Shown piece after piece: positions 1-11,908 of a DNA stretch of 64,000 bases. The position numbers and the translations under genes were made by a program. The stretch is from Fistulifera solaris. Taxonomy: Eukaryota. The DNA lies in assembly GCA_030295235.1 (NCBI GenBank), contig AP026124.1, positions 1,054,001 to 1,118,000 on the forward strand, written 5' to 3'. Under the pieces are notes generated by a model, which saw only the letters and a program-made list of their open reading frames with translations, did no database searches and had not been told where the DNA came from. Numbering within the stretch: the stretch's first letter is position 1; the number at the start of each line of letters is the position of its first letter.

Positions 1-290
1 GCGCTATTCGAATGTCTGTGGTCTGTGTTCTGTTTAAAAGTGACAAACAAAATTGCTTAAGGTTGGGGCTTTATCAATCCATTATGTACAATCTATGGGC
101 ATAGTGCGCAAGGTCTTGGAGCGAAACTTCATGCGTTTTCGGTTTCGCGTTCTCCAGAACAAAGTACTCGCGGGAAGCGATTTAACTTTACAGTCCTTTG
201 TATAGACAATGGAATGAAACCATGTTATGAAGTCGTTACGTTGCTCACAATTTGAAACTACGTATCACCATCGGTTTGTTCAAAATAACC

Positions 291-785
291 ATGAATTTAT
301 TCCTTGAGATGAGTAATAAGCGTCCCAGTTTCCTTCGAAGATATCAAGTTCAATTGCCTGCCGCAATTGCAGCACTTTCAGAGCCAGCTACGCTGCTTGA
401 TAGCTTCCAACCAACGGAGTTAGATGTCATTTGTGGACGAGGGAAAGGATGCTATGATCAAGCTGGAAACATACGCATGAGAGACATCTGTAAAGCCAAC
501 ATCTACAAGTATTTAGCTGCAAAAACTAAGCTCGACAAGAGCCTGGTTATCAGCGATATAGTAGAACAAGTGCAGAACAACGGCACTGCTCGATTTGTAA
601 AGCATGGCAAAGACTTAGGATGGGTTGTTATCAGCGATGAGAAGGCCAGAGAAAAGGTGGGACACGCTCTTCGCGAAGCGCTGACTGCCGAATGTGGACG
701 TAGACAACCGAAAACTAAGTCTGGCACCGAACATCGCGAAGCACGACGTTGCCCCACGCCCGATGATTTTTCACTCAGTTTTTAA
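291..785 (+). CDS. DUF6824-domain protein (diatom-expanded family)
   Basis: Motifs LDVICGRG..GN..R, KS.VI..IV..VQ, RFVK, W..ISDEKAREKVGHALR. First ATG at 291. Confidence 0.8.
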   Translation: MNLFLEMSNKRPSFLRRYQVQLPAAIAALSEPATLLDSFQPTELDVICGRGKGCYDQAGNIRMRDICKANIYKYLAAKTKLDKSLVISDIVEQVQNNGTARFVKHGKDLGWVVISDEKAREKVGHALREALTAECGRRQPKTKSGTEHREARRCPTPDDFSLSF

Positions 786-1023
786 ATTTAGGCAATAACA
801 ATAGATCTTCTCATTTTTGTAAGAAAACAACACAAACAGTGCGTTGACTTCAGTACTTATCTCACTTAGCCGAGAAGCTTAAGCGGCCTCATGAACAAGA
901 AAAAGCTTTTGATTTGAAGAACCGTAAGGCAAAAATGGATCCATTTTATTAACTCTTTAAAGGCTTCAAGGTCCACGAGCCAAAGATAAAAGACGATTTG
1001 CCAGGCCGTAAATAGTCCTCCAT

Positions 1024-2330
1024 TTACAAGAAATAATCCGGTGTGCGCGGGCTCTTGTGCCAAGATTCATCTCGTGGTGCAGGATCAAACTGAGAACTAT
1101 GGTGCATCAACAATATATCCATGAGACTCAAAAAAGAAAAAAAAAGCCAAAATGATGGAACAACAACACTTACAATCGACAGTGGTCGTGAATGCTTTCT
1201 TTTGTCGTTTGATCCACAGAATCGTCTACTTCCATTATGGCTGCCTGATTACCACACCTGTAGCAATAATTGGGGGCCGAGAACACTGTTACGACACTTC
1301 TGTTGTGCTGCCACTGGTAGCCCTCCATAACCAACTGGTGGGCACGCGCAATGAAATGTAAGCCGTTTATGTGCGTGAATTGCTCAGTGATGTCCTGGCC
1401 AAACGTATACCCTGCTCCACGAGGCGAAATACCCCAACCACATCTAAATCGATGATCAAATTAGAAATTCACGTATTCAAAAGACCAGAATATCTCAACA
1501 AACTTACCGGTCATCAGGATCCGACCACACCAAATCACACATAGGCCCTTCATGCGGCACTTCTTGCACACGGTCCAGATCACGAGCATGGTCGAGGGTG
1601 TCAATCGACGGTGAAAGTCCACCGTGGAGGCAGAAAATGCGATCCGAGATTACAGCTGTCATCGGAAGGTAATCAAAGGTATCGGTGAAGTGCTTCCAGA
1701 CATTTGCATTTCCATATTTTCGAAGGCATTCGTCGTAAAAGCCATAGACCTGAGTGATTTGGCGACTTTCATGATTACCTCTGAGAATTGTAATCCTGTT
1801 TCTGTATCGAACTTTCAAAGCGACAAGCAAGGTAACAGTCTCTAAAGAATAGTAGCCCCGATCGACATAGTCACCCATGAAAAGGTAATTGGTTTCAGGA
1901 CATTGGCCTCCGATACGGAATAGCTCTGCAAGATCATAAAACTGGCCATGAATGTCACCACAAACGGTAACAGGAGCGCTAACAGCCTGAACATTCGACT
2001 CTTCGCGAAGAATCTCTTTTGCCTACAAGCGAAATCCCACATAGGCGTGAGAAAGACACTAAAGGGTGCCAGCAAATAAAGCGCAACAAACGACGAACTC
2101 AACCCTTGCACTGCAAAGCAGATGATCGAATAGTCGTGGAGGCGAGTTCCAAAGGAGATCTGTAACGGTGATGCGGTCCTGCTGCATCAATAACATTGCT
2201 TTCTAGCAAGAGAAAAGCGTGCATCTTTACTCACCTGTTCGCAAAGCGCCCTGACTTCATTTTCCTTCAACGTAGAGCCGTTGCGTAGGTTTTGAATATG
2301 TTCTTCAAGTTTTGCGTTATCAAGTGACAT
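1024..2330 (-). CDS. PPP2C: Ser/Thr protein phosphatase 2A catalytic subunit (4 exons)
   Basis: GDYVDRG, RGNHE and [11 protein letters not shown] motifs; C-terminal TPDYFL*. GT-AG introns read at 2023-2234, 1444-1507 and 1097-1173. Confidence 0.95.
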
Positions 2331-2963
2331 GTTAAGTTGCTTTTTTACAAATTTTTAGCAAGCAATCCCCCGCTATACCTGGTAGCGATGCAGCGGAAAG
2401 ATGCTGTCGATTTACAGGTTGCAGCGGTGCAGCGTGCAGCCGCAGTGCCTGCGTCTGCCTTTTCATCGCACCACTTCTTCGCGTTTGGCAAAACGTCCAG
2501 GCGGTGGATGTAAACTGTAAAAGGGTATCACCATTATTATTTTTGAAGCACTACTACTTATTGCCCTGGAGACTGTGACGTAACGGTACCGGTGGTTCTC
2601 TGTGCAGGACTTAGAGCTGGTTTGCTAGATATTGTACATCTGTCCGTTGGGGAACCAGAATTGCACCTGCAACAGCAGTACTCCTTATGAGGGGGATTGT
2701 ACAGTGAAATGTAGACAGCAACATTTGCCTCACAACCAGCATTTTACATTATTTTATTTTGTGCAAATCATGACGACGAGGGCATCGTCCTGAATAATAA
2801 CATCTTTGCTATTGCCATAAAATCATTGCTGTTGTGATATCTTTGGACATTGATAATGACGTACCGGTCAAGAGGCAGATCACTAATAGAGGTCATATTG
2901 GTAAGCTTTAAAAGAAAGTGGTGTACCTCTCGTCGTTTTTTTTGATTTTTTACTTATCAGATT

Positions 2964-3201
2964 ATGTCCCCAATTCCTTCGTAAGGCCATTGCTTTCGTT
3001 ACTTTTCTTGTAGGATTTATTACCGTTCTATGCATTGGAAATTACTTCAGAGCCAAGAGGGCCCAGGAGAGGCAGCGGCAACGGCGACTCGCAAAATTAG
3101 CAGCAAACCAGAACAATGCGAATACTATGTATGGCGGAGACCCACAAGGGAGCTACGAGGCCCCCACACATATCCCTGCCAATACTGGAGTTCCTGCATG
3201 A
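2964..3201 (+). CDS. Putative small single-pass membrane protein (~78 aa), not in the ORF track
   Basis: Frame is open 2905-3201 and reads QFLRKAIAFVTFLVGFITVLCIGNYFRAKRAQERQRQRRLAK...GVPA*. The ATG at 2964 joins it via one indel in the C4 run. GTAAGC...TCAG intron-like segment at 2901-2960. Confidence 0.4.
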
Positions 3202-3816
3202 TTTGTTTGATAAGTCAAGTCTTGATTCTCTGACGAGGGAAGATCAAGAAGTGATTCTCGTAAGGTGATGCCCGCAATATCTTCAGCTACCGGTATTTGT
3301 ACCAGGGTAGCGTGTAATACAGGACGAAGTAATATTCCTTTTTTGTAATTTAAGTTCTTTACATAAAATGTCGTTGGGTTCGATATTCAATCTGACCCGG
3401 AGTTCAAACTTGTCACCCGACCCGTACTTTACAGAGACAAGCCTCTACCTTCATAATTTACGGCGGATACAAAAGCTTTTTCGACGAGTGTGTAAGCAGA
3501 GACATTGCTAGAATCTAATTCAGTGGATTGAATTGATGAGAAGTTTCGATCGTTAATCTGTTCTAGCCTAGTCTACCTGGTAGTTAGCTTTGTGTAGTTT
3601 CATTGCCTCGTCAACCCGGACTGCAGGCTAACTCGAACTCTACCTGGTAACCAAAAATGAACAACTCCGCAAATACGTCATCCGTTCATCGCATTATTTT
3701 ACTCCGTACCTGGTATTGTTGATCAACTCAGCGACTCTTTCCTTGTTACTCAAAAAAAAAAACTTGAGATTATCCAATTGAATTAGACGCTGGCCTCGTT
3801 CGCGTAGAACTGAATC

Positions 3817-4509
3817 ATGTTGGCTCGTATCCGGTGGTTCGTCGTTTCCCTTCTCTTTCTTCTGTGCAAGTTGCGTTCGACGTGCTCTTTTGTCAATCAA
3901 AATGTAAACGTAAATCAATGGAGAAGGCAAGCTACAGCGACTCCAAATAACCATGCTAGTACTATGTCGATAGATGAAGCGACGTATATTCTCTCCGAGT
4001 GGGATCGCAACTACAGCGCGGATCGTTCACTCGCGACTTGGACAAGTGACATTAGTTTGGACAATGCCAAGCTAAAGCTACCAGAAGCGGTGATCTGTTT
4101 AAATAATAAAGCAGCAGAAGAGCGAAGCTTGGACAGCATAAACGGAAGAGTGATGCTAGGAATATGTGCTTCAACAGCAGAAGAGGGCTTAGCCACTCTC
4201 AAATCTTGGGTACCGACTCTGGGATTGCCTCGTGGTCTTCTTCATGGTATGGACGAAGATGGTGTTCCTTTGCAACTTGATGGGGCGGTATACATCAAAT
4301 ATAACTCCGGGGGTGTTTTCACATTCTCTGATATTCGAAAATCAGGCATCGGATTCGATGCGATATGGAAGCCCGGTGACGCTCTTCTTGAACTATATGA
4401 TGGAAAATATCGAGGCGTTTACTTTCAAGTGGAGTTAACTGACGGAGTCTTTCGACAGTTTCTCGTGCCTCTCGATATCTTTAACAATGGTAAACAAATA
4501 CGATATTGA
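3817..4509 (+). CDS. Hypothetical protein, probable plastid-targeted
   Basis: 230-aa ORF with hydrophobic signal peptide ending in CS-F (ASAFAP-like) followed by a transit-like segment. Confidence 0.65.
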   Translation: MLARIRWFVVSLLFLLCKLRSTCSFVNQNVNVNQWRRQATATPNNHASTMSIDEATYILSEWDRNYSADRSLATWTSDISLDNAKLKLPEAVICLNNKAAEERSLDSINGRVMLGICASTAEEGLATLKSWVPTLGLPRGLLHGMDEDGVPLQLDGAVYIKYNSGGVFTFSDIRKSGIGFDAIWKPGDALLELYDGKYRGVYFQVELTDGVFRQFLVPLDIFNNGKQIRY

Positions 4510-4537
4510 TAGCGCTAGTATTTATGTCGAAATTACA

Positions 4538-6966
4538 TCATAAACGAAAGTGTTCTTGTGCTTTCATGAAATCCAGCATGGCTTCGGATCGAGCAAGGGA
4601 CTCCTTTACATCCTGAAGTATTCGATCGCTGTCTCGTAGAAGAACGTTTGCCTGTCTAACTTTCTCCGGCTCTAATTGGATGTCCAAAGAACGTTCTAGC
4701 GAAGCCAGCGTTTGACACTGTGTTGACATTTTTTCCTTTGTGAGTATAAAGTCTTCCGCCATGCTATCACATTTAACTTTCAAGCGCTTGATGTCATTGA
4801 AGAACTGCAGTTCGGCGTCGCTCATAGTAGGAGTAAGGTCTTTGCACATTTCAAGACTACGCGTCGCTCGTTCCAGCAACGTGGCTGCGTTGGCCTCCAC
4901 AGCATCGATTTTAGCGGCCAGCTGACTATTAATCAGGACTTGTGAGTTACTTGATGATTTCAAAACTTCCATTTGTTTTTGCTGGCCCTCAACCGTCTTA
5001 CGCAGTATTTCTTTATGCGAACTCACGATTCTTCTCAGCTCAATAAGGGGCACAATAAGGTCTTTGTCACATCGCTCTCGAACTTGCTGAACGACAGCCA
5101 AATAATCCGCTTGAATGTCTTGATAATTTGTCTCCGGACCCACGTACTTGCCCATAGCAGCGAGGCCACTTATGATTTTGTCAATTAATGGCCGGGTCAC
5201 TTCGTACAGCGGACGGGTGCTCTCAACCGAAGAACTGTTTCCCTCAGTGCCGGCAGTAATTGCTAGTGCGTCACTTTGAGACCCTGCCACAAAGGCCTGC
5301 TGCACTTCATGAGCTAGTTGCAGCTCCGTAATACTCATATCGGAGCGATTGCCGTTCTGTTCGACGGTAACAAGATTGTGGCCCTCGAGTGATTCTGCAG
5401 AAACCGCGATACCTTGGAGCTTGGTAGCATCTGATTTTGTTTGAAAGCTTACCCAAGCGGAAGTCGAAGATTCAGGTGGCGCAAATTTTGTCGGCTTTCG
5501 TGCGGCCCTTTGAATGGCACTAGTTGACAATGTTACGACGAAACTCGGGGTGGCGACATGGAGTAGGGAATCGACAAGTGGATCATTCAGTAAAGCAACG
5601 GACTTTTCAAGAGCTAGACTGTGGTCTTCTGTCACATCGACGCGCTCCAGCCAGGCCCCTAATTTCCAAACATCGTCGTCAAGTGCAAAGGTGTCGCTTC
5701 TCGGCTCGTACGTAAATCGAGGGATGAGCGCAGTGGGCGAAATTGCGGCAAAGTCAACTTCATAGCCACCAGCCCGAGCGATCGCTAGCCCAACAAGATT
5801 TTCGTCGCCCCCAAAGCATTCCAATGTCACAGCTGGAGTAGTGGACTCAAGAGAACCAGCAAGTAAGATTGGTCCTTGGCACTTCACTGGGAAGGCGACG
5901 GTGCTTGCTTCTCTGCTTGACATCGAAGTGATGCTTGCCGTGGCAAACTGATTGTTAGACAGGCTCTGATCACCATAGTCACCAAAGGCCTCGAGTAGAT
6001 ATCGATCGGCTACCGTGTATTGTCGCCATTTGGGTTGCGAAGAATCGAGGCTGGCTGTCGTTGCCTCGACAAAGTCTATCGCTTCTTTCAAAGTAGAAAT
6101 AGGAACCACACATCCGTCAAATACAATGGGACTAGCCGAATAAAGATCACCGGATCCCTTCAAGAAAATGACAGACATCGAAGAAAGCAGCGACAACCCG
6201 CTCGACCGAGCAAACGTGAAATCAACAATCGATTCCATAGTTCTATCATCCAGTTCCTCCATGCTGAAGACTAGCGGACGAGTAATCCCTCCATTAGCAT
6301 GTCGAAGCAAAAGCGAGTACTCCTGTACGTCTGTGTTCTCGATCAAAGCGCACATAGAACACCCTGGGCACATGACAGCAAATCCGCTCGACTTCTGAGG
6401 CGCCGGACGCACACGAATAATTTTGTGCGACAGGGAAACCGCCAAGTACTTCTCAAAGGGCTGAGTAACCGACGTCATGGTTCCTCGCACAGGCTGCTCA
6501 GACGGCTGTGGCTCGTAATGCATTTCCAGCAAAAAAATATCAAGGCTTGTGTAAAGGCAAAGCCGCGGAAGAGATCGACGGCCGTCCCTTTGATCGGTTC
6601 GCGATGATCCTTCACCTTCAACACATAAAAGCTCAAGCGGTGGATCTATCCGTAAGGTGTTCTTAATAGTATCGGTTAATTCCACCAATATACTTGCAGG
6701 TGACTTTGATGCGCTTGAGTCTGTACGATCCTCGACTTTATCTAACACAAGCGGAAGTGCCTCAATAAATGATCCTTCGCGGAGGGAGAAAAGAAACTTT
6801 TGATCGTTACTACGACAAACAAGTCGAACAGAAGCTGATTGCACCATTTTTTCAGGTCATACCGAGGAGTTCGATAATCATTCGCAGGGCTGGAGTTGTA
6901 GAACAAAGGCTCGGGGGAATAGTTGTATTCATCTTCGTCATCGAGATCTGCGGCAAAACGCGGCAT
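4538..6966 (-). CDS. NUP88: Nucleoporin Nup88/Nup82-like
   Basis: Long beta-rich N-terminal part (IVDFTF...VIFLKGSGDLYSASP) plus C-terminal coiled coil. ATG at 6966 joins the 769-aa ORF across the homopolymer at 6847-6852. Confidence 0.55.
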
Positions 6967-7348
6967 TGCTTGAAAGTGTTTCCAACCCACTGATTGCAGT
7001 AAAGTCTTCTCCTTTGGTCGTTAATCACGAGCCTTGTACGATAGTTGAATTAAGAAAAACAATAACCGAGCCTGAAACGTTGAAAGTGAATGACCATTCA
7101 AGGAAGCATCTCTAAAAATAAACCGGCAATCATGGTCGCAAAAAGCCGCCGCGATGCCGCAGACCGCATAGCAATCAGAACACAAGTAGATGTCGTAGTG
7201 GCTTCTATGTCAACCAAGGAAAAACAAACTCATAACTGACGATGTTGAAAGCAGCTATCCAACAAACCAACCAGATACTGCTTTACAAGAATTTAGTTGC
7301 AACAAAAGATTGCTAACAGGGACTAACTCGAAAGCTTCCGTTGCAAAA

Positions 7349-7957
7349 ATGAATGATAAATCTACGACACAAGACGCCAAACAACACGGTATTTTGGCCC
7401 AATTTGAGACCTATGGATGGAAGCCAGATCCTTCTCTGCCCGACGATGAAAACATAATGGATCTGGTATTTATAATAACGCGAGCTGCCAAGCTAAAACA
7501 AGGAAGCATGGCATGCATCATACTCCGTCCACCGGCTCCTTCGACCGAAGAAAGTCAAAGCAACTCTCTATTGAGCAGGATCATTAGCATTTCAAATAAC
7601 CAAGCACTTTACAAAGCAGGTAACAGTGACGTCCACGCAGAGATCGTTGCCATCGGAAATGCAGCTCAAAGAGGAATACCAACAAACCAAGGAACAGCAT
7701 ATATAACCATGCCGCCGTGTAAAAATTGTTTTGGGGCTCTCGTTTCAGCTGGGATCAAACGCATTGTGTCCGTTTACCCACCTCGTGAACACTTTACTGC
7801 CATTTTGGGAAGGTTGGGGATCGAAATGGTTTCAATCAAGAACCTTGCTGAGGTCCGATCCCGAGTGGACAAGCTCATTTCTGCTTATAACGGCTTGCCC
7901 GCGAGTAAACGTCAAAGAGCGACGATAGCTCCATTTCCGAACAACTTTGATGTGTAA
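7349..7957 (+). CDS. Cytidine/deoxycytidylate deaminase family protein
   Basis: Zinc-binding HAE and PCKNC motifs, plus AGIKRIV. Confidence 0.85.
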   Translation: MNDKSTTQDAKQHGILAQFETYGWKPDPSLPDDENIMDLVFIITRAAKLKQGSMACIILRPPAPSTEESQSNSLLSRIISISNNQALYKAGNSDVHAEIVAIGNAAQRGIPTNQGTAYITMPPCKNCFGALVSAGIKRIVSVYPPREHFTAILGRLGIEMVSIKNLAEVRSRVDKLISAYNGLPASKRQRATIAPFPNNFDV

Positions 7958-8502
7958 CTGTTCTCACGCCCTGGGAGCTATTGTTTTATTAGCGCTACGG
8001 ATTATGCTGGTTAACCTTCCTGCTTCTGTTACTGACTTAGAATTCATTAACTGATAACTAGAACTCGCAAGTTTCGAAAGTGTTTAACTATATATATATT
8101 ATCTAGAGATTATTTTGGGTGATAGAAAGATAAGGAGCTGACTATTCTGTCATTTCTGATTGTCGACTGTTAGGTCTTTGGTGCGTACAAACTACTAACA
8201 TACCAGGTAGACTAGCTAGGCTAAGCGCAGCTTTCCTCCTTCGTCGGCTTAGGGATAAGGGTCAAGGGAGCAATGCGGTACTCCGCACTATAGAGAGAAT
8301 AAGTTTCTCGACTTTTGTCGTTCTATCGCTTAGTTGTACTTATTGGTGTCGCAACGTACATTCCGACGAGTTCAATACCGCATACCTCTTACCCGCATTA
8401 CTAAAATTCTTTTCGGTCGCTCCTCGTTTTTTCAATCTTCCTCGTTGTGCGCATCGTTGCGGTCGATCAAACTCTGCTCCAAACAAACACATTCAAATAA
8501 CA

Positions 8503-9186
8503 ATGGTAGCTTCTGACACCAAAATCATCGATGGTCGCGATCATCTCTACGGTCGCTTGTGTAGTATAGTGGCCAAGGAATTGCTCGCCGGACAAAAATT
8601 GTCATCGTGCGATGCGACGAAATGTGCATCTCCGGTTCACGTGAGTCTCTTCTATCGTTCTTTAATAATTACTTTTCCATGTGCCTTTACTAACCACTCT
8701 AATTTTGATTTATATACAGTGACACGAAACAAGGTCAAATACGCCCAGTTCCGTAACAAACGCATGAACACCAACCCCGGCCGAGGACCGTTCCACTTCA
8801 AAAGCCCCGCCATGATGGTTTGGCGAACTATTCGAGGCATGGTAAACCAGAAAACGGTCCGAGGACAAGAAGCTCTACAGCGCTTGTCCACATTCGAGGG
8901 TGTTCCGGCCCCTTACGACAAACAGAAGCGCGTCGTCGTTCCAGCCGCCCTTCGGGTTATGCGATTGAAGCCGGGCCGCGATTACACCATCATCGGTGAC
9001 CTCGCACACGCTGTCGGATGGAAGCACCGGGAACTTTTGCAACGCTTGGAATCGAAGCGTAAAGCTGATGCGCAGGAGTTCTTTGAGAAAAAGAAGGCCA
9101 AGATTGCTCTTAGCAGAAAGGCTGAAGAAGCTGCCTCGTCGGAACTTGCTAAGGTTAACGAGGTTCTTGCTTCTGCAGGTTTCTAA
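8503..9186 (+). CDS. RPL13A: 60S ribosomal protein L13a (uL13)
   Basis: IDGRDHLYGRL, NTNPGRGPFHF, RVVVPAALRV. Intron 8641-8720; one A missing in run 8594-8598. Confidence 0.95.
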   Translation: MVASDTKIIDGRDHLYGRLCSIVAKELLAGQKLSSCDATKCASPVHVSLFYRSLIITFPCAFTNHSNFDLYTVTRNKVKYAQFRNKRMNTNPGRGPFHFKSPAMMVWRTIRGMVNQKTVRGQEALQRLSTFEGVPAPYDKQKRVVVPAALRVMRLKPGRDYTIIGDLAHAVGWKHRELLQRLESKRKADAQEFFEKKKAKIALSRKAEEAASSELAKVNEVLASAGF

Positions 9187-9477
9187 CTTTATAGGATGAA
9201 AAACTGCTGACTTTACATCATAACTGTAGCACGATATGCCTTATCTGTTTTAGCCTCATAGACTTATCGTAGTGGGATCTCGACCTTTTTCCTTCTCGTC
9301 TTGGCGGAGAGCAGACAGGCTGTGGGTAGATAGTAGGACCGTGCTTATTGCACGTAAACGAATTATTTCGGAGCTACTTACACCTCGTCGCCAGACGTCT
9401 TTATAATCCAAGTGCGCCAACAGATTTTTAATAGGAAGGCATAACAATCTGGACTCTAAGTAGTATTTATCGAAAGC

Positions 9478-10468
9478 ATGACAGCAAAAGTGCAAAGCGT
9501 GGGCTTTATTGGGGCGGGGATGATGGCATCGGCTGTGATGGTAAGGCTGTTCTGCAAAAACGACTTGGAAAATTTTTCTTGTTTGTCTGAATGCAATTTC
9601 ATTTCATGAATAGGAAGGACTCGTATCAAAAAATGTTGTGGATTCTTCTGGCTCCATTATCTGCTCCGATCTGTTCAAAGAAGCTCTAGAAAAGGCAGCC
9701 GAGAGAGGATTCAAAACAACTGAAGTAAACCGAGACGTTTGCGAGTTTGCTGTTGACGCTATTATTGTTGCCGTTAAGCCAAATGCAGTTCAGACAGTCT
9801 GTCGCGATATTCTGGCGGTTGAAAACAAAACTGCTGTCATTATCAGTATTGCAGCTGGCGTTACTTTGGAGGAGCTAGAGCGTGGCCTTCCAGGGAGACG
9901 TGTCGTACGTATTATGCCCAACACCCCTTGTCAAGTGGGCGAAGGCGCATCCTGCTACAGTCTTGGAACACTAGCAAACGCGCAAGATCGCGAGATAGTC
10001 GAAGTCCTTTTCGGTGCAGTTGGTTTGATCCGCGAAGTTCCGGAACATTTGATCAACGCAGTGACAGGTCTTTCTGGCAGTGGCCCAGCTTACGTGTTCA
10101 TGTTTATTGAAGCATTGGCTGATGGTGGCGTTCGAGCAGGTCTCACCCGAGCCGATGCTCTGAAGCTCGCGGCCCAGACCGTCAAAGGAGCTGCTGAAAT
10201 GGTTCTTAAAACGGAATCTCATCCCGGTGTACTGAAGGATCAAGTTTGCTCGCCTGGAGGAACGACTATTGCAGGATGCGATGAACTCGAGAAAGGGTAA
10301 GTCTAGGTTTTCTTGTCTCGAAATGTGTTGCTCATGCTATCTGACTTTTTATTGTTTCAAAGAGGCTTTCGTTCGGCAACCATCCAGGCAGTTAAAGCCG
10401 CGACGAAAAGGAGCATGCAACTTGGACACGTTGCCGAAATAGACATAACCAACAAATATAACTTGTAA
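9478..10468 (+). CDS. proC: Pyrroline-5-carboxylate reductase
   Basis: GFIGAGMM Rossmann motif, RIMPNTP, SGSGPAY, VCSPGGTT. Introns at ~9541-9613 and ~10297-10362. Confidence 0.95.
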
Positions 10469-10880
10469 AAAATAAATAATAACGACTTAATCGAGAAATT
10501 CAACTAAAGCAAGTTTGGATCGCAAAAAAAAACGGAGTAGTTCAGTAAACTACAGCCCCACGGCACTACATTAAAGCGATGATTGTGATCAGATCGCAAG
10601 TAGAATGCTTCCATCAGCGTTATTACTGCTCATGATATTGCTAGAATGAATTACGGACTAGACTAGGCTAGACCTACGAGGTATTCATTAAAATACGTGA
10701 CTGACGTTTCTTCATGAATCGTGACTTCTACTATGACTCATACTGTGGTGTTGCGTAGTAACAACAAACAACACCAAAATGCGCAAAATTCCAACCACTC
10801 GTTTATATGCCTTCATTGACGGTCGCCTCGACTCGAGCAGCAAGGACGAATCTTACTTTCAAACATACCACTACTCTATC

Positions 10881-11847
10881 ATGGATCGAAAAATGCTAGT
10901 CCTCCGGGAAACTGTCGCTTTGCGGTGCCAAAGAAAGGACGATTAAATGAAAAGGTCATGGAAATGCTCAGTGGAGCGGGCATCGAGTTTCATCGTGAAC
11001 CTCGTTTAGATGTTGCTCTTTGCAAAAATCTGCCGATAACTATAGTATTTCTACCCGCATCGGATATTGCCAAGTACGTAGGCGAGGGTAACATCGACTT
11101 GGGAATCACAGGGTACGATGTTGTTGAGGAAAGTATGGTGGAAGTCAACAAAATTATGGACTTGGGATTCGGCAAGTGCAAACTTTGTGTGCAAGCCCCT
11201 GTCGTAGACGAAATCAAGAATGTAGAGGATTTGGCTGGTAAAAGAATTGTGACGAGCTTCCCTGCACTTACCAAAAAGTTTTTTGGGCCATTAGATGCCA
11301 AGAAGGGTGTCGAGACGAAGATTAATTTTGTGTCGGGCTCAGTAGAAGCGGCATGTGGCTTGGGTTTGGCGGATGCTGTCGTAGATCTCGTGGAGACTGG
11401 AACCACGATGAAGGTGCGATGATGTTTGTCAAATGGCAGTGTTCTTGTTCTTACTCGTCGTGTGTTACTTACGTTGCTTTCCTTTCCGAACAGGCGGCTG
11501 GATTGGAAGTTGTGAGTGACATCCTGTCAACGCAAGCGATCTTGATCGCCAACCCAAAAGCCCAACACCAGGACATTGTTGATCTCATACAGCGACGATT
11601 GGAGGGCTTCATAACGGCGAGAAATTCTGTGTTCGTTGTCTACAATATTTCTAATCATTTGCTGGCAAAGGCCACCGCAATCACACCGGGAAAGCGATCG
11701 CCCACCATTACCGCATTGGATGATGGCGAGTCGAAGTCGGTTTCTGCTCTTGTTCCCAAAGCTAATGTGAACGATATCATGGATCAGTTGCACGATGTTG
11801 GAGCAACAGACATCCTAGTCATGAATTTGTCGAACTCTCGAATGTAG
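10881..11847 (+). CDS. hisG: ATP phosphoribosyltransferase (long form)
   Basis: FAVPKKGRL, DLGITGYD, SGSVEAACGLGLADAVVDLVETGTTM and C-terminal regulatory domain. Intron 11414-11493; indel in A-run 10889-10893. Confidence 0.95.
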
Positions 11848-11908
11848 GATTGTTAGTCAAAGAATGGATTGCACATGCTTTTCGATTTTATTGTCGAATT
11901 ATTCAGCT

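Noticed and set aside
3370..3430. tRNA-like GGTTCGA / GAGTTCAAA boxes
   Set aside because: I could not build a cloverleaf or acceptor stem around them.
9478..11847. proC-hisG operon-like pair
   Set aside because: They belong to different pathways, both have spliceosomal introns, and each has its own intergenic region.
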